Shown here piece after piece: positions 1 through 8,993 of a DNA stretch of 32,000 nucleotides. Under the pieces are notes generated by a model. It ran no database searches and was not told where the DNA came from. It saw only the letters and a list, made by a program, of their open reading frames with translations. Every line of letters begins with the position of its first letter. The stretch's first letter is position 1. Source of the DNA: Phycisphaera mikurensis NBRC 102666 (GTDB lineage: Bacteria > Planctomycetota > Phycisphaerae > Phycisphaerales > Phycisphaeraceae); contig NC_017080.1 in NCBI RefSeq assembly GCF_000284115.1, positions 1,890,001 through 1,922,000 of the forward strand, read 5' to 3'. Made by a program: the position numbers and the translations under genes.

Positions 1-1035
1 GGGCTCGGTCCGCGCCCAGAGGGCGTTGGTCACGATCGTCTCGCCGAGGGGCTCGGCGTGCAGGCGGGCGAGGGTGGCCCGCGTTTCCTCCAGCCGCTCG
101 GTGTCGGTGACGAAGCGATCGAGCAGGACGCGGTACGCGGCCACCCGCTCGGGCAGGTCGGCCTGGGGGTCCCCGGCGGACCGCTTCACGCCGCTCTCGA
201 TGATGAATCCGAGGCCTCCGAAGAACGACAGGCCGTTGCGGGCGTCGTCGGCGTCGAGCGTGCTCGGGCGGATCTCGTTCTCCGGCGGCGGGCCGCCCAC
301 GAGGTAGCGCTGGTAGGCGAAGCCCGCCTCGGCCATGGGCTCCACGGCCGCCTCCACCCAGCCGAGGCCGAGCTCCAGGACGCCCCCGGGAAGCAGCGGG
401 CTGTTCGCGCCGTCCAACATGATCAGCGGCCACTCGCCCCAGCCGCGGTCGGCGTAGGAGCCGCTGTCGCGGGTGAACTCGTGGCAGTCGACGACGACCG
501 TCGGCCGCACGCGGGCGGCGTACGCGTGCAGCGCCCGCGTCTCGGGCTGGGAGAGCAGCGCGTGGTCGCGGTTGAGGTCGAAGCCGGCCGCGTTCCGGCG
601 CCGGTCCGCGTCGACGCCGTCGGGGTTGGCCATCGGGATCGCGTGCAGCTCGACGCCGGGCGGCAGCAGCAGGTCGCCGGCGGCGAGGTCGCCGAGCAGG
701 TTGAGGATCGCCTCCTTGCCGGCGTGCTCGTCGCCGTGCTGGGCCCCGACGAGAAGCACGCGGTGGCGGACCGCCATCCGGGCCCGCGGGATCGCGACGA
801 CGGCGCGGATCGGGATTCCTTCCACCGACTCGCCGATCGTCTCGACCGCGAAGCCCGGCACGCCCGCGAAGGTCGCCAGCCGCTCCTCCATCGCGGCGGA
901 GGTCGTGACGCGGCCCTCGGCTCGGGCGGTGGCGGCCGGGGCCGCTGCCCAAGCGATGAGCAGGAAGGACCCGAGGGCGGCGAGAATGCCGCGCCGTTGC
1001 GCAGCGGGGCTTCGGAGGGCGGGGCGAGCGAGCAT
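1..1035 (-). CDS. M14-family zinc carboxypeptidase, secreted; partial, with the C-terminal end running off the window start (not in the supplied ORF track because no stop lies in the window)
   Basis: Hand translation of the minus strand from ATG at 1035 stays open to nt 1, with an in-frame TAG 12 nt upstream. Signal-like N-terminus MLARPALRSPAAQRRGILAALGSFLLIAWAAAPAATARA. M14 motifs present: VGAQHGDEHAGKEA (HxxE zinc motif), MANPDGV, GFDLNRD, VVVDCHEF (third His). Confidence 0.85.
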   Translation of the reverse strand, partial: MLARPALRSPAAQRRGILAALGSFLLIAWAAAPAATARAEGRVTTSAAMEERLATFAGVPGFAVETIGESVEGIPIRAVVAIPRARMAVRHRVLLVGAQHGDEHAGKEAILNLLGDLAAGDLLLPPGVELHAIPMANPDGVDADRRRNAAGFDLNRDHALLSQPETRALHAYAARVRPTVVVDCHEFTRDSGSYADRGWGEWPLIMLDGANSPLLPGGVLELGLGWVEAAVEPMAEAGFAYQRYLVGGPPPENEIRPSTLDADDARNGLSFFGGLGFIIESGVKRSAGDPQADLPERVAAYRVLLDRFVTDTERLEETRATLARLHAEPLGETIVTNALWARTEP

Positions 1036-1240
1036 CCGGGGAAGCTAGCGATGCCGGCGCAGGCGGGTTCTCCCTCTTTCGGCTTGGAGTGGCAAGCCGA
1101 TTGCAGTAGACTCACCACGCACAAGACGCCGCCGCCGGCCGTCCCGCCCCACCCCGGTCGGGCGAAGCCGGCACGGGCAGCCCTCTCCGATGCGGGAGGA
1201 GCTGGCCCGCGGCTGATGGAACCCTCCGCCCGAACCCGAG

Positions 1241-1270
1241 TCGGCCGCGACGCCCAGGCGTCGCGGCCGA
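1241..1270 (+). promoter_or_regulatory. Perfect 13-bp GC-rich stem, 4-nt loop hairpin in the leader of the DUF1559 gene
   Basis: TCGGCCGCGACGC-CCAG-GCGTCGCGGCCGA, every pair checked by hand. It ends 70 nt upstream of ATG 1341, in the 305-bp divergent spacer. Confidence 0.5.
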
Positions 1271-1340
1271 TCGAACCGGGAAGCCCCGCCCGCTCGCCGC
1301 GGGTTCCGTCCGTTTCCGCCTGCCCCAAACCCCGCCCGCC

Positions 1341-2315
1341 ATGACCACCAACGCCCCCCGACACCGCACCCGCACCGCCGGCTTCACGCTCATCGAGCTC
1401 CTGGTGGTGATCTCGATCATCGCCCTCTTGATCGGCATCCTGCTGCCGGCGCTGGGCGCGGCCCGCGACGCGGCCCGCACGATGCAGTGCAGCACGAACG
1501 TGCGTTCGATGGTCCAGGGCTCGCTCTTCACCGCGGAGACGGAGAGCAACCGCATGCCCTTCCCGACCGCGACCGAGGTGGAGGCGGACAACCTCAGCCA
1601 CCTCTTCCCGGTGTACAGCGGCGGCCGCATGAATGCCAACGTCGCACCCCTGGGCAACACCTTCGAGGCCGCGGTGTGCCCGTCCACGGAGAACGTCCTG
1701 CACACGGATCCCGATGCGACCGGGCTCCCCGATCGCTCCGACGGAAGGGCGATTCCGATGACGGGCTTCAACGACTTCATCCCGGGCCGAAACCTGACCT
1801 ACGAGCCCTTCCGCGACCTGTACACGAACGCGGGGGACGGGGCCATCGACAACTCGGGCGGTCACAGCTACACGCTGCTCGCCTGGGCGATCACCGGCAA
1901 CTACAAGACGGGCCACGTGCCCGCGGGCACCAACGCCGTCAGCGCGTCGTACCACTACACCAACCCCACCAACCTCGCCACCGCGCTCGACGCCCGGCTG
2001 AAGAACGACGAGTGGGTGGACGCGCTGAGCGAGGTGGCGCTGATGGCGGAGAACGACGCCGCGGGGGACTTCGGGATCGCGGACGACGCGGATGCGAGCG
2101 GCCGGATCGACAACCACGGCGCGAAGGGGCAGAACTTCGGGTTCATGGACGGCCACGTGGCCTTCGCGTCGGACGAACGCGAACAGGTGGAGCACATGCT
2201 CAACGCGATGATCGACATGGGCGAGCAGGGCCGCGGCATTTCGGCGCTGGCCCGCGTCGGCATCGCCTACAACCCCGGCGGCGGCCGGGGCGGCGTGGGC
2301 TCCTACGACTACTAG
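1341..2315 (+). CDS. Prepilin-type N-terminal cleavage/methylation domain protein, DUF1559-like (planctomycete pseudopilin-like family)
   Basis: N-terminus [32 protein letters not shown] carries the G/FTLIE class-III signal motif plus a hydrophobic helix. C-terminal [18 protein letters not shown] resembles the H-X9-DG motif, with spacing 10 here. High GC3 frame. Confidence 0.9.
   Translation: MTTNAPRHRTRTAGFTLIELLVVISIIALLIGILLPALGAARDAARTMQCSTNVRSMVQGSLFTAETESNRMPFPTATEVEADNLSHLFPVYSGGRMNANVAPLGNTFEAAVCPSTENVLHTDPDATGLPDRSDGRAIPMTGFNDFIPGRNLTYEPFRDLYTNAGDGAIDNSGGHSYTLLAWAITGNYKTGHVPAGTNAVSASYHYTNPTNLATALDARLKNDEWVDALSEVALMAENDAAGDFGIADDADASGRIDNHGAKGQNFGFMDGHVAFASDEREQVEHMLNAMIDMGEQGRGISALARVGIAYNPGGGRGGVGSYDY
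1380..1469 (+). repeat. Copy A of the 90-nt prepilin-leader segment (inverted partner at 25741-25830)
   Basis: 85/90 nt identical to the reverse complement of 25741-25830, aligned by hand. The longest perfect run is 32 nt. Confidence 0.9.
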
Positions 2316-2328
2316 CCCGCGGCGACCC

Positions 2329-2347
2329 GCTGCGCCCGCGGCGCAGC
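2329..2347. terminator. Candidate bidirectional terminator hairpin between convergent genes
   Basis: GCTGCGCC-CGC-GGCGCAGC, 8-bp stem with 3-nt loop. It lies between the stop of the DUF1559 gene (2315) and the stop of the VWA gene (2372). No U-tract. Confidence 0.35.
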
Positions 2348-2371
2348 TCGGGCGGCAGTTGAGATCGCCGC

Positions 2372-5300
2372 TCAGTCCTGCCCGCGGGCGCGGCGCCGGG
2401 CGGCGAGGAGGCGGGAGGTGGAGGGGGCGGACGCGTCGGCTGCGGGCGGCGCCTCGGCGGCGGGCGGCGCCTCGGCGGCGGGCGGCTCCCGCTCGGCGGG
2501 CTTGGGCGCGGCGTCCCGCTCCCGGTCGGCGGCGGCAACGTCGGCGGCGGTGGGCTCGAACTTCCGCTCGCGCGGGGCGGCTTTCGGCCGTCGCGGCGGG
2601 GACGCGGCCTCCCGGGGCCGCTCGCGCTTCCGCAGGGCGCTGAGCGTCGCGGTCGCGGCGGCGGGCGTCGGCGTCGGCGTCACGCGGGCGGCCACCCAGG
2701 CGGCCGCGGCCCGCGGGTCCCAGGCGATGCGGCGGTTGGCGGCGTCGAGCAGCAGCAGCGCGACCAGCAGCGGCAGCACGAGCGTGGTGATCGGGCGGGA
2801 GGAGACGCTGCGGAACTCGCGGTCGCGGGCGAAGAGCCCGGCGGCGTCGGGGCGGGCGAGGTCGAGCACGCGGCCGCCGGTCACGCGGGCGACCCGCTCG
2901 AGCGCGGCGGCGTCGGGGCGGAGGGCCCGCAGCTCCGGCCCCGGCGGCTTGGCGGTGCCGCCGTACACGGCAACCCGCGAGCCGCCGTCGCCGTCGCCGC
3001 TGCCGTCGCCGAGGAACAGCGAGGCGATGTAGTTGCCCGGCTCGACGGCGGGCAGGCTGCCCTCGTAGCGGCCGGGGCCGGTGCGGGCGAGGGTGACGGG
3101 AGCGACCTCGCCGGAGGGCAGCAGCACGCCGCCGACGGCGTCGTCGCCGCGGACGGCGGCGGCCGCGGCGCCGGGCGCCCCGCCGTCCGCGGGATCCTCG
3201 GGCGGGACCTCCAGCGTGAGGCGCAGCGTGTCGCCGTCGGCCGTGGCGAGCAGCTCCGCGTCGCGCGCGGCGGTGGGGCGGCCGATCGTGCGGACCATGC
3301 CGGTCCAGAAGTCGCCGTAGCCGGGCCAGCCGGGGCTGCCGGTCCAGGCGCTCGCCCAGCGGGCGCCGGCGTCGGAGGTGAAGGCGGCGACGCGGCCGAG
3401 GCCGACGCGCCAGTGCGCGAAGAGCGGATCGCCCTCGGGGCCGAGCAGCGCCAGGTCGATCCGCGGGTCGCGCCGCTCCCCGGTCAGCACGAAGCCGCGG
3501 AGCGGAACGTCGAAGCCGAGCCCGCGGGTGATCGGGCTGCCGCTGCCCGTCGGCGTCGGGAGGAAGCGGGTCTCCTTGATGAGGTTCTGGCGGATCGTCC
3601 GCGCCTCCTTCACGAAGACCTGCGGCAGCGTGGCCGGGTCGTCGATCGGGTGGTACTGCCCGCCGCCGAGCGTCGCGATCTGCGCCAGCACCGCCCGGTC
3701 GTGGCCGTCGCCGACGCCGATCGTGGAGACGGTGATGCCGGCATTGCGCATCGCCGGCACCAGCGAGGTGTACTCGCCGCTGGAGTTGCCGTCGGTCAGG
3801 AGGATCACGTGGCGGATCGCCGACTCGGCCACGACCCCGCGCGGCTCGTCGAGCGCGACGAAGGCCGCTTCGAGCCCGCTGTAGATGTCGGTGCCGCCGC
3901 TGGGCTTGACGCCGCGGACGCGGGTCGCGACCACGCTGGGGTTCTCGTTGGGCGAGAGCGTGGCGATCCACTCGGTGTCGTCGTCGAAGACGACCACGCC
4001 GACGAGGTCCTGCGGGTACAGCGTGCCCAGCGCGAGGGCCGCGGCCTCGTTGGCGACCTGCATCTGCGTGTACCCGCTGGTGCCCACCGGCGATGACATC
4101 GATCCGGAGCGGTCGATCACGATCACCAGCGCCCCGGAGGGGAGGACCGCCTGGTTGGGGATGGCGCACGCGACCGGCAGCAGCTCCCGGTCGACGACGC
4201 TGTTCGTCCAGCCGCCGGCGCCGAAGGAGGCGGGGCCGCCGATCATCACGAAGCCGCCGCCGAGCTCGGTGACGTAGCGGGTGAGCAGCTCCTGCTGCTG
4301 CGGGCTCACCGGGTCGGCCGGGACGTTCTCGAAGACGACCGCGTCGTAGCGGGTCAGGTCGGCCAGGCTCGTGGGCAGGCCCGCGGGCCGGCGGGCGTCG
4401 AGCTCGACGCCCCGGCCGCGGAGCGTGCGGGCGAGGGCCGACTCGCCGGGCTCGGCGTTGGGGTCGCTGTTGTCGATGAGCAGCACGCGGCCCGGGCCGG
4501 TCACCTGGGTGAAGCCCGTCGCGCGGTTGTTGGCGGCCCGGTCCGCGTCGCCGGTGGCGGGATCGCCGGCCCGCGTCGCGGGCTCGAACACCGCCTCGAA
4601 GGAGGCGGGCCCGCCGCGGAGCAGGGGCACGTCGAGGGTGACCACGGCCGTCCACGAAGCGGCACCGCCTTCGGCGGCGTCCGCGGTCCGGGAGGAGCGT
4701 GTCCAGGAGGACGGCTCGACCGTGAAGCCGCTGCCGGCCTCGCGGCCGTTGAGGTCGACCGCGTCGCCGTCGTGCAGGAGCTGCAGCGTGCCCCGCAGCG
4801 GCGCGGTGCCCGCGAGGACGACGCGGACGGCCACGCTCTGGCCCTCCCGCGCCAGCGGTGGCGCGTAGACGCCCCGGACCATCACCTCCTCGGTCTCGCG
4901 GTAGGGCACGGCGGCGACGTCGACAGGCACGCCCGCGGCCGCGGCGGAACGGGCGGCGGCGTCGAGGTCTCCGCCGGTCGCGTTGCCGTCGCTGGCGAGC
5001 AGCAGGCGGAGGGCCGCCGAGCCGTCACCCTTGGCCGCGAGCGCGTAGCGGAGGGCGGCCGCGGGGTCGGTCCCCTCCACCGGTTGCTCCAGCGAGGAGA
5101 GCTCGAGCTCCGACGCGGCCGCGGGGGCGATGCGCAGCGTCGGCCGCGCGTCGAAGGTGACCAGGCCGAGCCGGTCCTCCGGCCGGCGGTCCGCAGCGGC
5201 GGCCTCGATGAAGGCGAGCAGGGCGGTCTCGCCCTCGCCGGGTGCGGCGGGGGCGGCACCCGGCGGCCGCGGCGGGTCGCCGAAGACGCGCACCGAGGAG

Positions 5301-5530
5301 GAGCGGTCGACCACGGCGAGCACGGTGAGGTCGGTGTTGACGCGGTCGAGGCGCAGGCCCGCGAGCGCGAGCGTGAGCGCGAGCAGCAGCCCGAGGCGCA
5401 GAGCGAGCGCGACCCGCCGCCGCGCGTCGCCGAGCGTGCCGAGCCGGCGGCGGCTGCGCCAAACGATCGGCACCGCGAGCAGCAGGAGCGCCAACGCCGG
5501 GGGGTGATCGACGGCGGGCAGCATCGTCAC
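2372..5530 (-). CDS. Large membrane protein: BatA-like N-terminal double-TM segment, two VWA domains, a GATase1/ThuA-like middle block and a C-terminal TM
   Basis: Start is GTG 5530 or ATG 5524. Two MIDAS DxSxS motifs: AVVDRSSSV and VIVIDRSGSMSS. Middle block VLLIDNSD...AVVFENV...GGGFVMIGGPASFG. C-terminal TM TTLVLPLLVALLLLDAANRRI followed by a Pro/Ala-rich tail. Confidence 0.9.
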   Translation of the reverse strand: MTMLPAVDHPPALALLLLAVPIVWRSRRRLGTLGDARRRVALALRLGLLLALTLALAGLRLDRVNTDLTVLAVVDRSSSVRVFGDPPRPPGAAPAAPGEGETALLAFIEAAAADRRPEDRLGLVTFDARPTLRIAPAAASELELSSLEQPVEGTDPAAALRYALAAKGDGSAALRLLLASDGNATGGDLDAAARSAAAAGVPVDVAAVPYRETEEVMVRGVYAPPLAREGQSVAVRVVLAGTAPLRGTLQLLHDGDAVDLNGREAGSGFTVEPSSWTRSSRTADAAEGGAASWTAVVTLDVPLLRGGPASFEAVFEPATRAGDPATGDADRAANNRATGFTQVTGPGRVLLIDNSDPNAEPGESALARTLRGRGVELDARRPAGLPTSLADLTRYDAVVFENVPADPVSPQQQELLTRYVTELGGGFVMIGGPASFGAGGWTNSVVDRELLPVACAIPNQAVLPSGALVIVIDRSGSMSSPVGTSGYTQMQVANEAAALALGTLYPQDLVGVVVFDDDTEWIATLSPNENPSVVATRVRGVKPSGGTDIYSGLEAAFVALDEPRGVVAESAIRHVILLTDGNSSGEYTSLVPAMRNAGITVSTIGVGDGHDRAVLAQIATLGGGQYHPIDDPATLPQVFVKEARTIRQNLIKETRFLPTPTGSGSPITRGLGFDVPLRGFVLTGERRDPRIDLALLGPEGDPLFAHWRVGLGRVAAFTSDAGARWASAWTGSPGWPGYGDFWTGMVRTIGRPTAARDAELLATADGDTLRLTLEVPPEDPADGGAPGAAAAAVRGDDAVGGVLLPSGEVAPVTLARTGPGRYEGSLPAVEPGNYIASLFLGDGSGDGDGGSRVAVYGGTAKPPGPELRALRPDAAALERVARVTGGRVLDLARPDAAGLFARDREFRSVSSRPITTLVLPLLVALLLLDAANRRIAWDPRAAAAWVAARVTPTPTPAAATATLSALRKRERPREAASPPRRPKAAPRERKFEPTAADVAAADRERDAAPKPAEREPPAAEAPPAAEAPPAADASAPSTSRLLAARRRARGQD

Positions 5531-8079
5531 GGAGCGGCCGCGTCGGGCGCGGCGGGAAGGTCGCCGAAGTACTCGCCGATCGCGCGGTGGTAGCGGCGGG
5601 GGGCGGCCTCTTCGGACACCGCCCGCTCCGCGGCGACCCGCCCGCCGGAGAGCGCCGCTTCCGGTGCGACGCCGGCGAGACCGGCTTCGCCCTCCCCGAT
5701 CGTCTCCCAGCGGGCAACGGCGCGGCCGGCGCCGGCTCGGCCGTCGAGAACGGACTCGGCGTCGACGTCCAGGGGAGCCTGCGGATCACCGCGTGCGGGG
5801 CCGCCGCGGCCGGTGCCCGCGGGGCCGGGCGATCGCGCGGCCGGATCCGGCGGGGCGGCCCCGCCCGCGGGGGGAGCCGAGCCCGGCGGCGCCGGCGACC
5901 CGCCCGGCTGCTGCGCCTCCCGCAGCGCCTGCTGCGCCTGCTCCATCCGGTCGAGCTGTTGCTTCATCCGCTGGAGCTCGCCGAGCGCTTGCTGGGCTTC
6001 GCGGGCGGACTGCGCGGGGTCGGCGTCGGGCCGGTCGAGGTCTTCGCCGAATCGCTGGAGCGACTCGGCGAGCTCGTCGGCGACCTCGTCGGACCGCGCG
6101 GGCGTCTCGCGTCCGGGTTCGGGCTCGGCGGTGGATGCCGGCCGGGCCCCGGGATCGCCGGGCGTGCCGGCTTCCCCGGGCGAATCGCCAGGCATGGGGC
6201 CCCGATCGGGGGCCTCGCCGCCCGAGGGCTCGCCGGGCTCTGCCTCCGCGGGCTGGCCTGAATCGCCCGGCTGATTCGACGCACCCGACGCGCCCGGCTG
6301 GTCCGACGCGCCCGGCTGGTCCGACGTGCCGGGCTGGCCCGGCTCGCCCGGCTGGCCCCGCTCACGCGATCCGCCCGGCGCCGCCGTCTCGCCCGCCTCG
6401 CTCGGCTCGCCCGCCTCGCCCGGTCGACGCGTTTCGCCCGCCTCGCCCGGTCGGCTCGCATCGCTCGCATCGCCCGCCGCGTCGGGCTCGCCGGGAGCGC
6501 CTTCGGGAGCGGCTTCCCCGGCGGTGTTCGCCTCGTCCGATCCCTCCGATGCCGCGGCCTCCTGCGCCGCGGACCGTGCCTCGGCGGGGTCGGTGTCCGG
6601 CGACGCGGGAGATTCCGCGTCCTTCCCCGCCTCGCCCGGCGGCGTCTGGCCCGGAGCTTCGGCGCTGTCGGTGCCCGCTGCCTGGGTCGGCTCCGGCGCG
6701 GAGGGAGGCGGCTCGCCGGGTTCCCCGGCGCCGGCGGGATCACTCGCACCGTCGGCCGGCTCCGGGGCACCCGCCGCCGCCGCCGCCGCCTCGCCCGGGC
6801 CGCTTGGCTCGCCCGCTCCGTCGGGACGATCCGCGGGTGGGTCCGCCGTGGCTCCGGAACGCGGGTCCCGCGCGGGCTCCTCGGCCTCGGGCTGCGCACC
6901 CGCGGGGTCGGCGGCTCCGGCCGCGTCGGCGTCGTCTCCTGCCGCCGGCGCGCCCTCCGCGCCGGCACCGGCCGGGGGCTGGGCCGCGTCCGGCGCCGCG
7001 GACCGGGGGGTATCCGCGAGGCTTTCGGCCGCGGTCCGCGGCGTGGTCGCTCCGTCCGACGCCAGCCGATCCGCGAGCTCCTCGACCTGCCGCCGCAGCA
7101 GCGCCCGCTGCGAGGCCGGCAGGTCCTCCGCCCGCCGGGCGAGCTCATCGAGCGCATCGGCGGCGGCCGGGAAGTCGCCGCGGCGTAGCGCGGAGGCGAA
7201 TCGGTCGGCGGGCCCGGCCTCCTCGGACTCCACCCGCGACAGCCGTGCCGCGAGCCCGTCCGCCTCGGCCTCCCGCTCCGCGGCCCGGCGTTCGAGCCGC
7301 TCGGCCAACTCCGCCACCGCGGCCTCGTCCCCGGTGTCGATGGCCGAGCCCGGCTCGCGCTGCGCGAGCAAGCGTTGCAGCTCTTCGACGACGTCGCGGT
7401 CGTCTCCGCCCGGCGTGGCGGATCGTTCCTCCGCGGGAGCGTCGGCCTCGAGCAGCTCCGCCGCTTCCTGCAGGCGGTCGCTCTGCCGCTCGGCTCGATC
7501 GGCCTCGATGGCCTCTGCCTCGGCCGCGGCGCGGTCCTGGGCTCCGCGGCCGAGCGGGTCGAGCCCCCGCCCGAACACCACCAGCACCGCGAGCAGCCCG
7601 GCCGCGACTGGCACCGCGTTCCAGGCGCGCCCGAAGCCCAGCGGGAAGGCCTCGCGAACGGCCGGCGTGCCGGCGAGGCTCGCGGCGGCGGCGGCGGCGC
7701 GGCGGCCGACCTCTTCGGCGAAGGGCGAGGGCGTGTCGCGGGTGGCCAGCTCCGCCCCGAGCAGGTCGCCGAGCCGCAGCCGGTGGTCGGCGGCGGCGGC
7801 GAGCTCGGCTTCGCCGGGCCGGTGCCGCGTCGCCGCGGCCGCCGCGACCGCCGCGGCGAGCAGCAGCAGGCCCGCCAGAAGCCACGCGTGCGCGTCCCAC
7901 CCGAGCGAGCGGCCGGCCAGCTCCGTCCCGACCAGCACGACCGCCTGCACGCCGAACCCGGCGAGCAGCAGCGGTCCGAGCACGCCGACAAAACGCGCGG
8001 CCGTTCGCCGCCGCCGCACGCGGCCGAGCAGCGCCGAGACCGCCGCGGACTCAGGAGAGGGAGGAGGAACGTCCGGCAT
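5527..8079 (-). CDS. Membrane protein with a long acidic Pro/Gly/Ala/Glu low-complexity core, DUF4175-like (family assignment from recollection)
   Basis: Starts at ATG 8079. Stop TGA 5527-5529 overlaps GTG 5530 of the VWA gene (GTGA). About 3 TM helices in the first 170 aa, then Ala/Glu/Arg coiled-coil stretches. C-terminus QQALGELQRMKQQLDRMEQAQQALREAQ ... RRYHRAIGEYF. In-frame DNA tandem repeats at 6264-6460. Confidence 0.75.
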   Translation of the reverse strand: MPDVPPPSPESAAVSALLGRVRRRRTAARFVGVLGPLLLAGFGVQAVVLVGTELAGRSLGWDAHAWLLAGLLLLAAAVAAAAATRHRPGEAELAAAADHRLRLGDLLGAELATRDTPSPFAEEVGRRAAAAAASLAGTPAVREAFPLGFGRAWNAVPVAAGLLAVLVVFGRGLDPLGRGAQDRAAAEAEAIEADRAERQSDRLQEAAELLEADAPAEERSATPGGDDRDVVEELQRLLAQREPGSAIDTGDEAAVAELAERLERRAAEREAEADGLAARLSRVESEEAGPADRFASALRRGDFPAAADALDELARRAEDLPASQRALLRRQVEELADRLASDGATTPRTAAESLADTPRSAAPDAAQPPAGAGAEGAPAAGDDADAAGAADPAGAQPEAEEPARDPRSGATADPPADRPDGAGEPSGPGEAAAAAAGAPEPADGASDPAGAGEPGEPPPSAPEPTQAAGTDSAEAPGQTPPGEAGKDAESPASPDTDPAEARSAAQEAAASEGSDEANTAGEAAPEGAPGEPDAAGDASDASRPGEAGETRRPGEAGEPSEAGETAAPGGSRERGQPGEPGQPGTSDQPGASDQPGASGASNQPGDSGQPAEAEPGEPSGGEAPDRGPMPGDSPGEAGTPGDPGARPASTAEPEPGRETPARSDEVADELAESLQRFGEDLDRPDADPAQSAREAQQALGELQRMKQQLDRMEQAQQALREAQQPGGSPAPPGSAPPAGGAAPPDPAARSPGPAGTGRGGPARGDPQAPLDVDAESVLDGRAGAGRAVARWETIGEGEAGLAGVAPEAALSGGRVAAERAVSEEAAPRRYHRAIGEYFGDLPAAPDAAAP

Positions 8080-8100
8080 GGAGAAGCCGTTCGATCGTAT

Positions 8101-8937
8101 TCAGCCACGCGCCGCGTCGTGCAGCCGCTGGAGCGCGGGCAGCAGCTCGAGCGTCTTCTCCAGCGGCAGCATCACCGCCGCATCGCTCGCCGCCGCGTCC
8201 GGGTCGGGGTGCGTCTCGAGGAAGAGCGCGTGCACTCCCGCCGCCACGGCGCACCGCGCCAGCAGGGGCGCCCGCTCGCGGCGGCCGCCGGTGGCCGTGC
8301 CGCCCGCCGCGGCGCCGGGTTGCTGCACCGAGTGCGTCGCGTCGAAGCACACCGGCACGCCGAGGTCGATCAGGTCGCCGACGCCGGCGAAGTCGTTCAC
8401 GAGGCGGTGGTAGCCGAAGAAGGTCCCCCGGTCGGTGACCATGACGCGCGGCGCGTCCGGCCTGCACCGCGTGACCTTCTCCACCACCTGCCCCATCTCC
8501 GCGGGCGAAAGAAACTGGCCTTTCTTGACGTTCACCGCGGCGGGGGTCGCGGCGCACGCCGCGAGCAGGTCGGTCTGCCGGCACAGGAAGGCGGGCACCT
8601 GCAGCAGGTCGACGCCCGCCTGGACCGCGAGCGTCGGCTGGTCCGGCAGGTGCACGTCGGTCGTGAGCGGCACGCCCAGCGCCGCCTTCGCCCTCGCCAG
8701 CAGCTCCAGCCCCGCCTCCACGCCGGGCCCGCGGCGGCCCGCCGCCGAGGTCCGGTTCGCCTTGTCGAACGACGCCTTGAAGACGTACCCCAGCCCGAGC
8801 TTCTCGCACGCGTCCCGCAACGCCTCCCCCACGCGAACGCACAGCTCGTAGCTCTCCGCCTGGCAGGGGCCGGCGAGGATCGTGAGCGGTCCGTCGGCGG
8901 TGACGGAGACGGCAGGACCGAGTTCAAGCGGCTTCAT
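8101..8937 (-). CDS. kdsA: 3-deoxy-8-phosphooctulonate (KDO-8-P) synthase
   Basis: 278 aa from ATG 8937. Contains ILAGPCQAES, YVFKASFDKANR, NVKKGQFLSP and CFDATHSVQQPG, all characteristic of KdsA. Confidence 0.93.
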   Translation of the reverse strand: MKPLELGPAVSVTADGPLTILAGPCQAESYELCVRVGEALRDACEKLGLGYVFKASFDKANRTSAAGRRGPGVEAGLELLARAKAALGVPLTTDVHLPDQPTLAVQAGVDLLQVPAFLCRQTDLLAACAATPAAVNVKKGQFLSPAEMGQVVEKVTRCRPDAPRVMVTDRGTFFGYHRLVNDFAGVGDLIDLGVPVCFDATHSVQQPGAAAGGTATGGRRERAPLLARCAVAAGVHALFLETHPDPDAAASDAAVMLPLEKTLELLPALQRLHDAARG

Positions 8938-8954
8938 CGCCCGAAGCTACAGGC

Positions 8955-8980
8955 CGGGCGGGCACCGGAGGTCCCGCCCG
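8955..8980 (-). terminator. Hairpin between the SBP stop and the kdsA start (terminator or processing candidate)
   Basis: CGGGCGGG-10 nt-CCCGCCCG, 8-bp all-GC stem. It sits 14 nt after the SBP stop (8994) and 18 nt before the kdsA ATG. No U-tract. Confidence 0.3.
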
Positions 8981-8993
8981 AGCGGTCGGGGGA

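Noticed and set aside
58-1344. 428-aa plus-strand ORF over the left end
   Set aside because: It is antisense to the M14 carboxypeptidase frame, which carries HxxE, NPDG, DLNRD and DCH motifs. The plus-strand product has no recognisable features.
423-4655. 1410-aa minus-strand ORF, the longest in the track
   Set aside because: Its composition is almost pure Arg/Pro/Ala/Gly with no motifs. It is out of frame with the M14 peptidase (1-1035) and the VWA gene (2372-5530), and antisense to the DUF1559 gene (1341-2315), all of which have clear family motifs. It is a typical high-GC shadow ORF.
5664-8438. Plus-strand ORFs of 924 aa (5664-8438) and 695 aa (6326-8413), and a minus-strand ORF of 714 aa (5964-8108)
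   Set aside because: These are Arg/Pro- or Ser/Ala-rich shadows of the DUF4175-like gene and kdsA. The chosen frame (5527-8079) has TM helices, coiled coils and stop/start coupling to the VWA gene.
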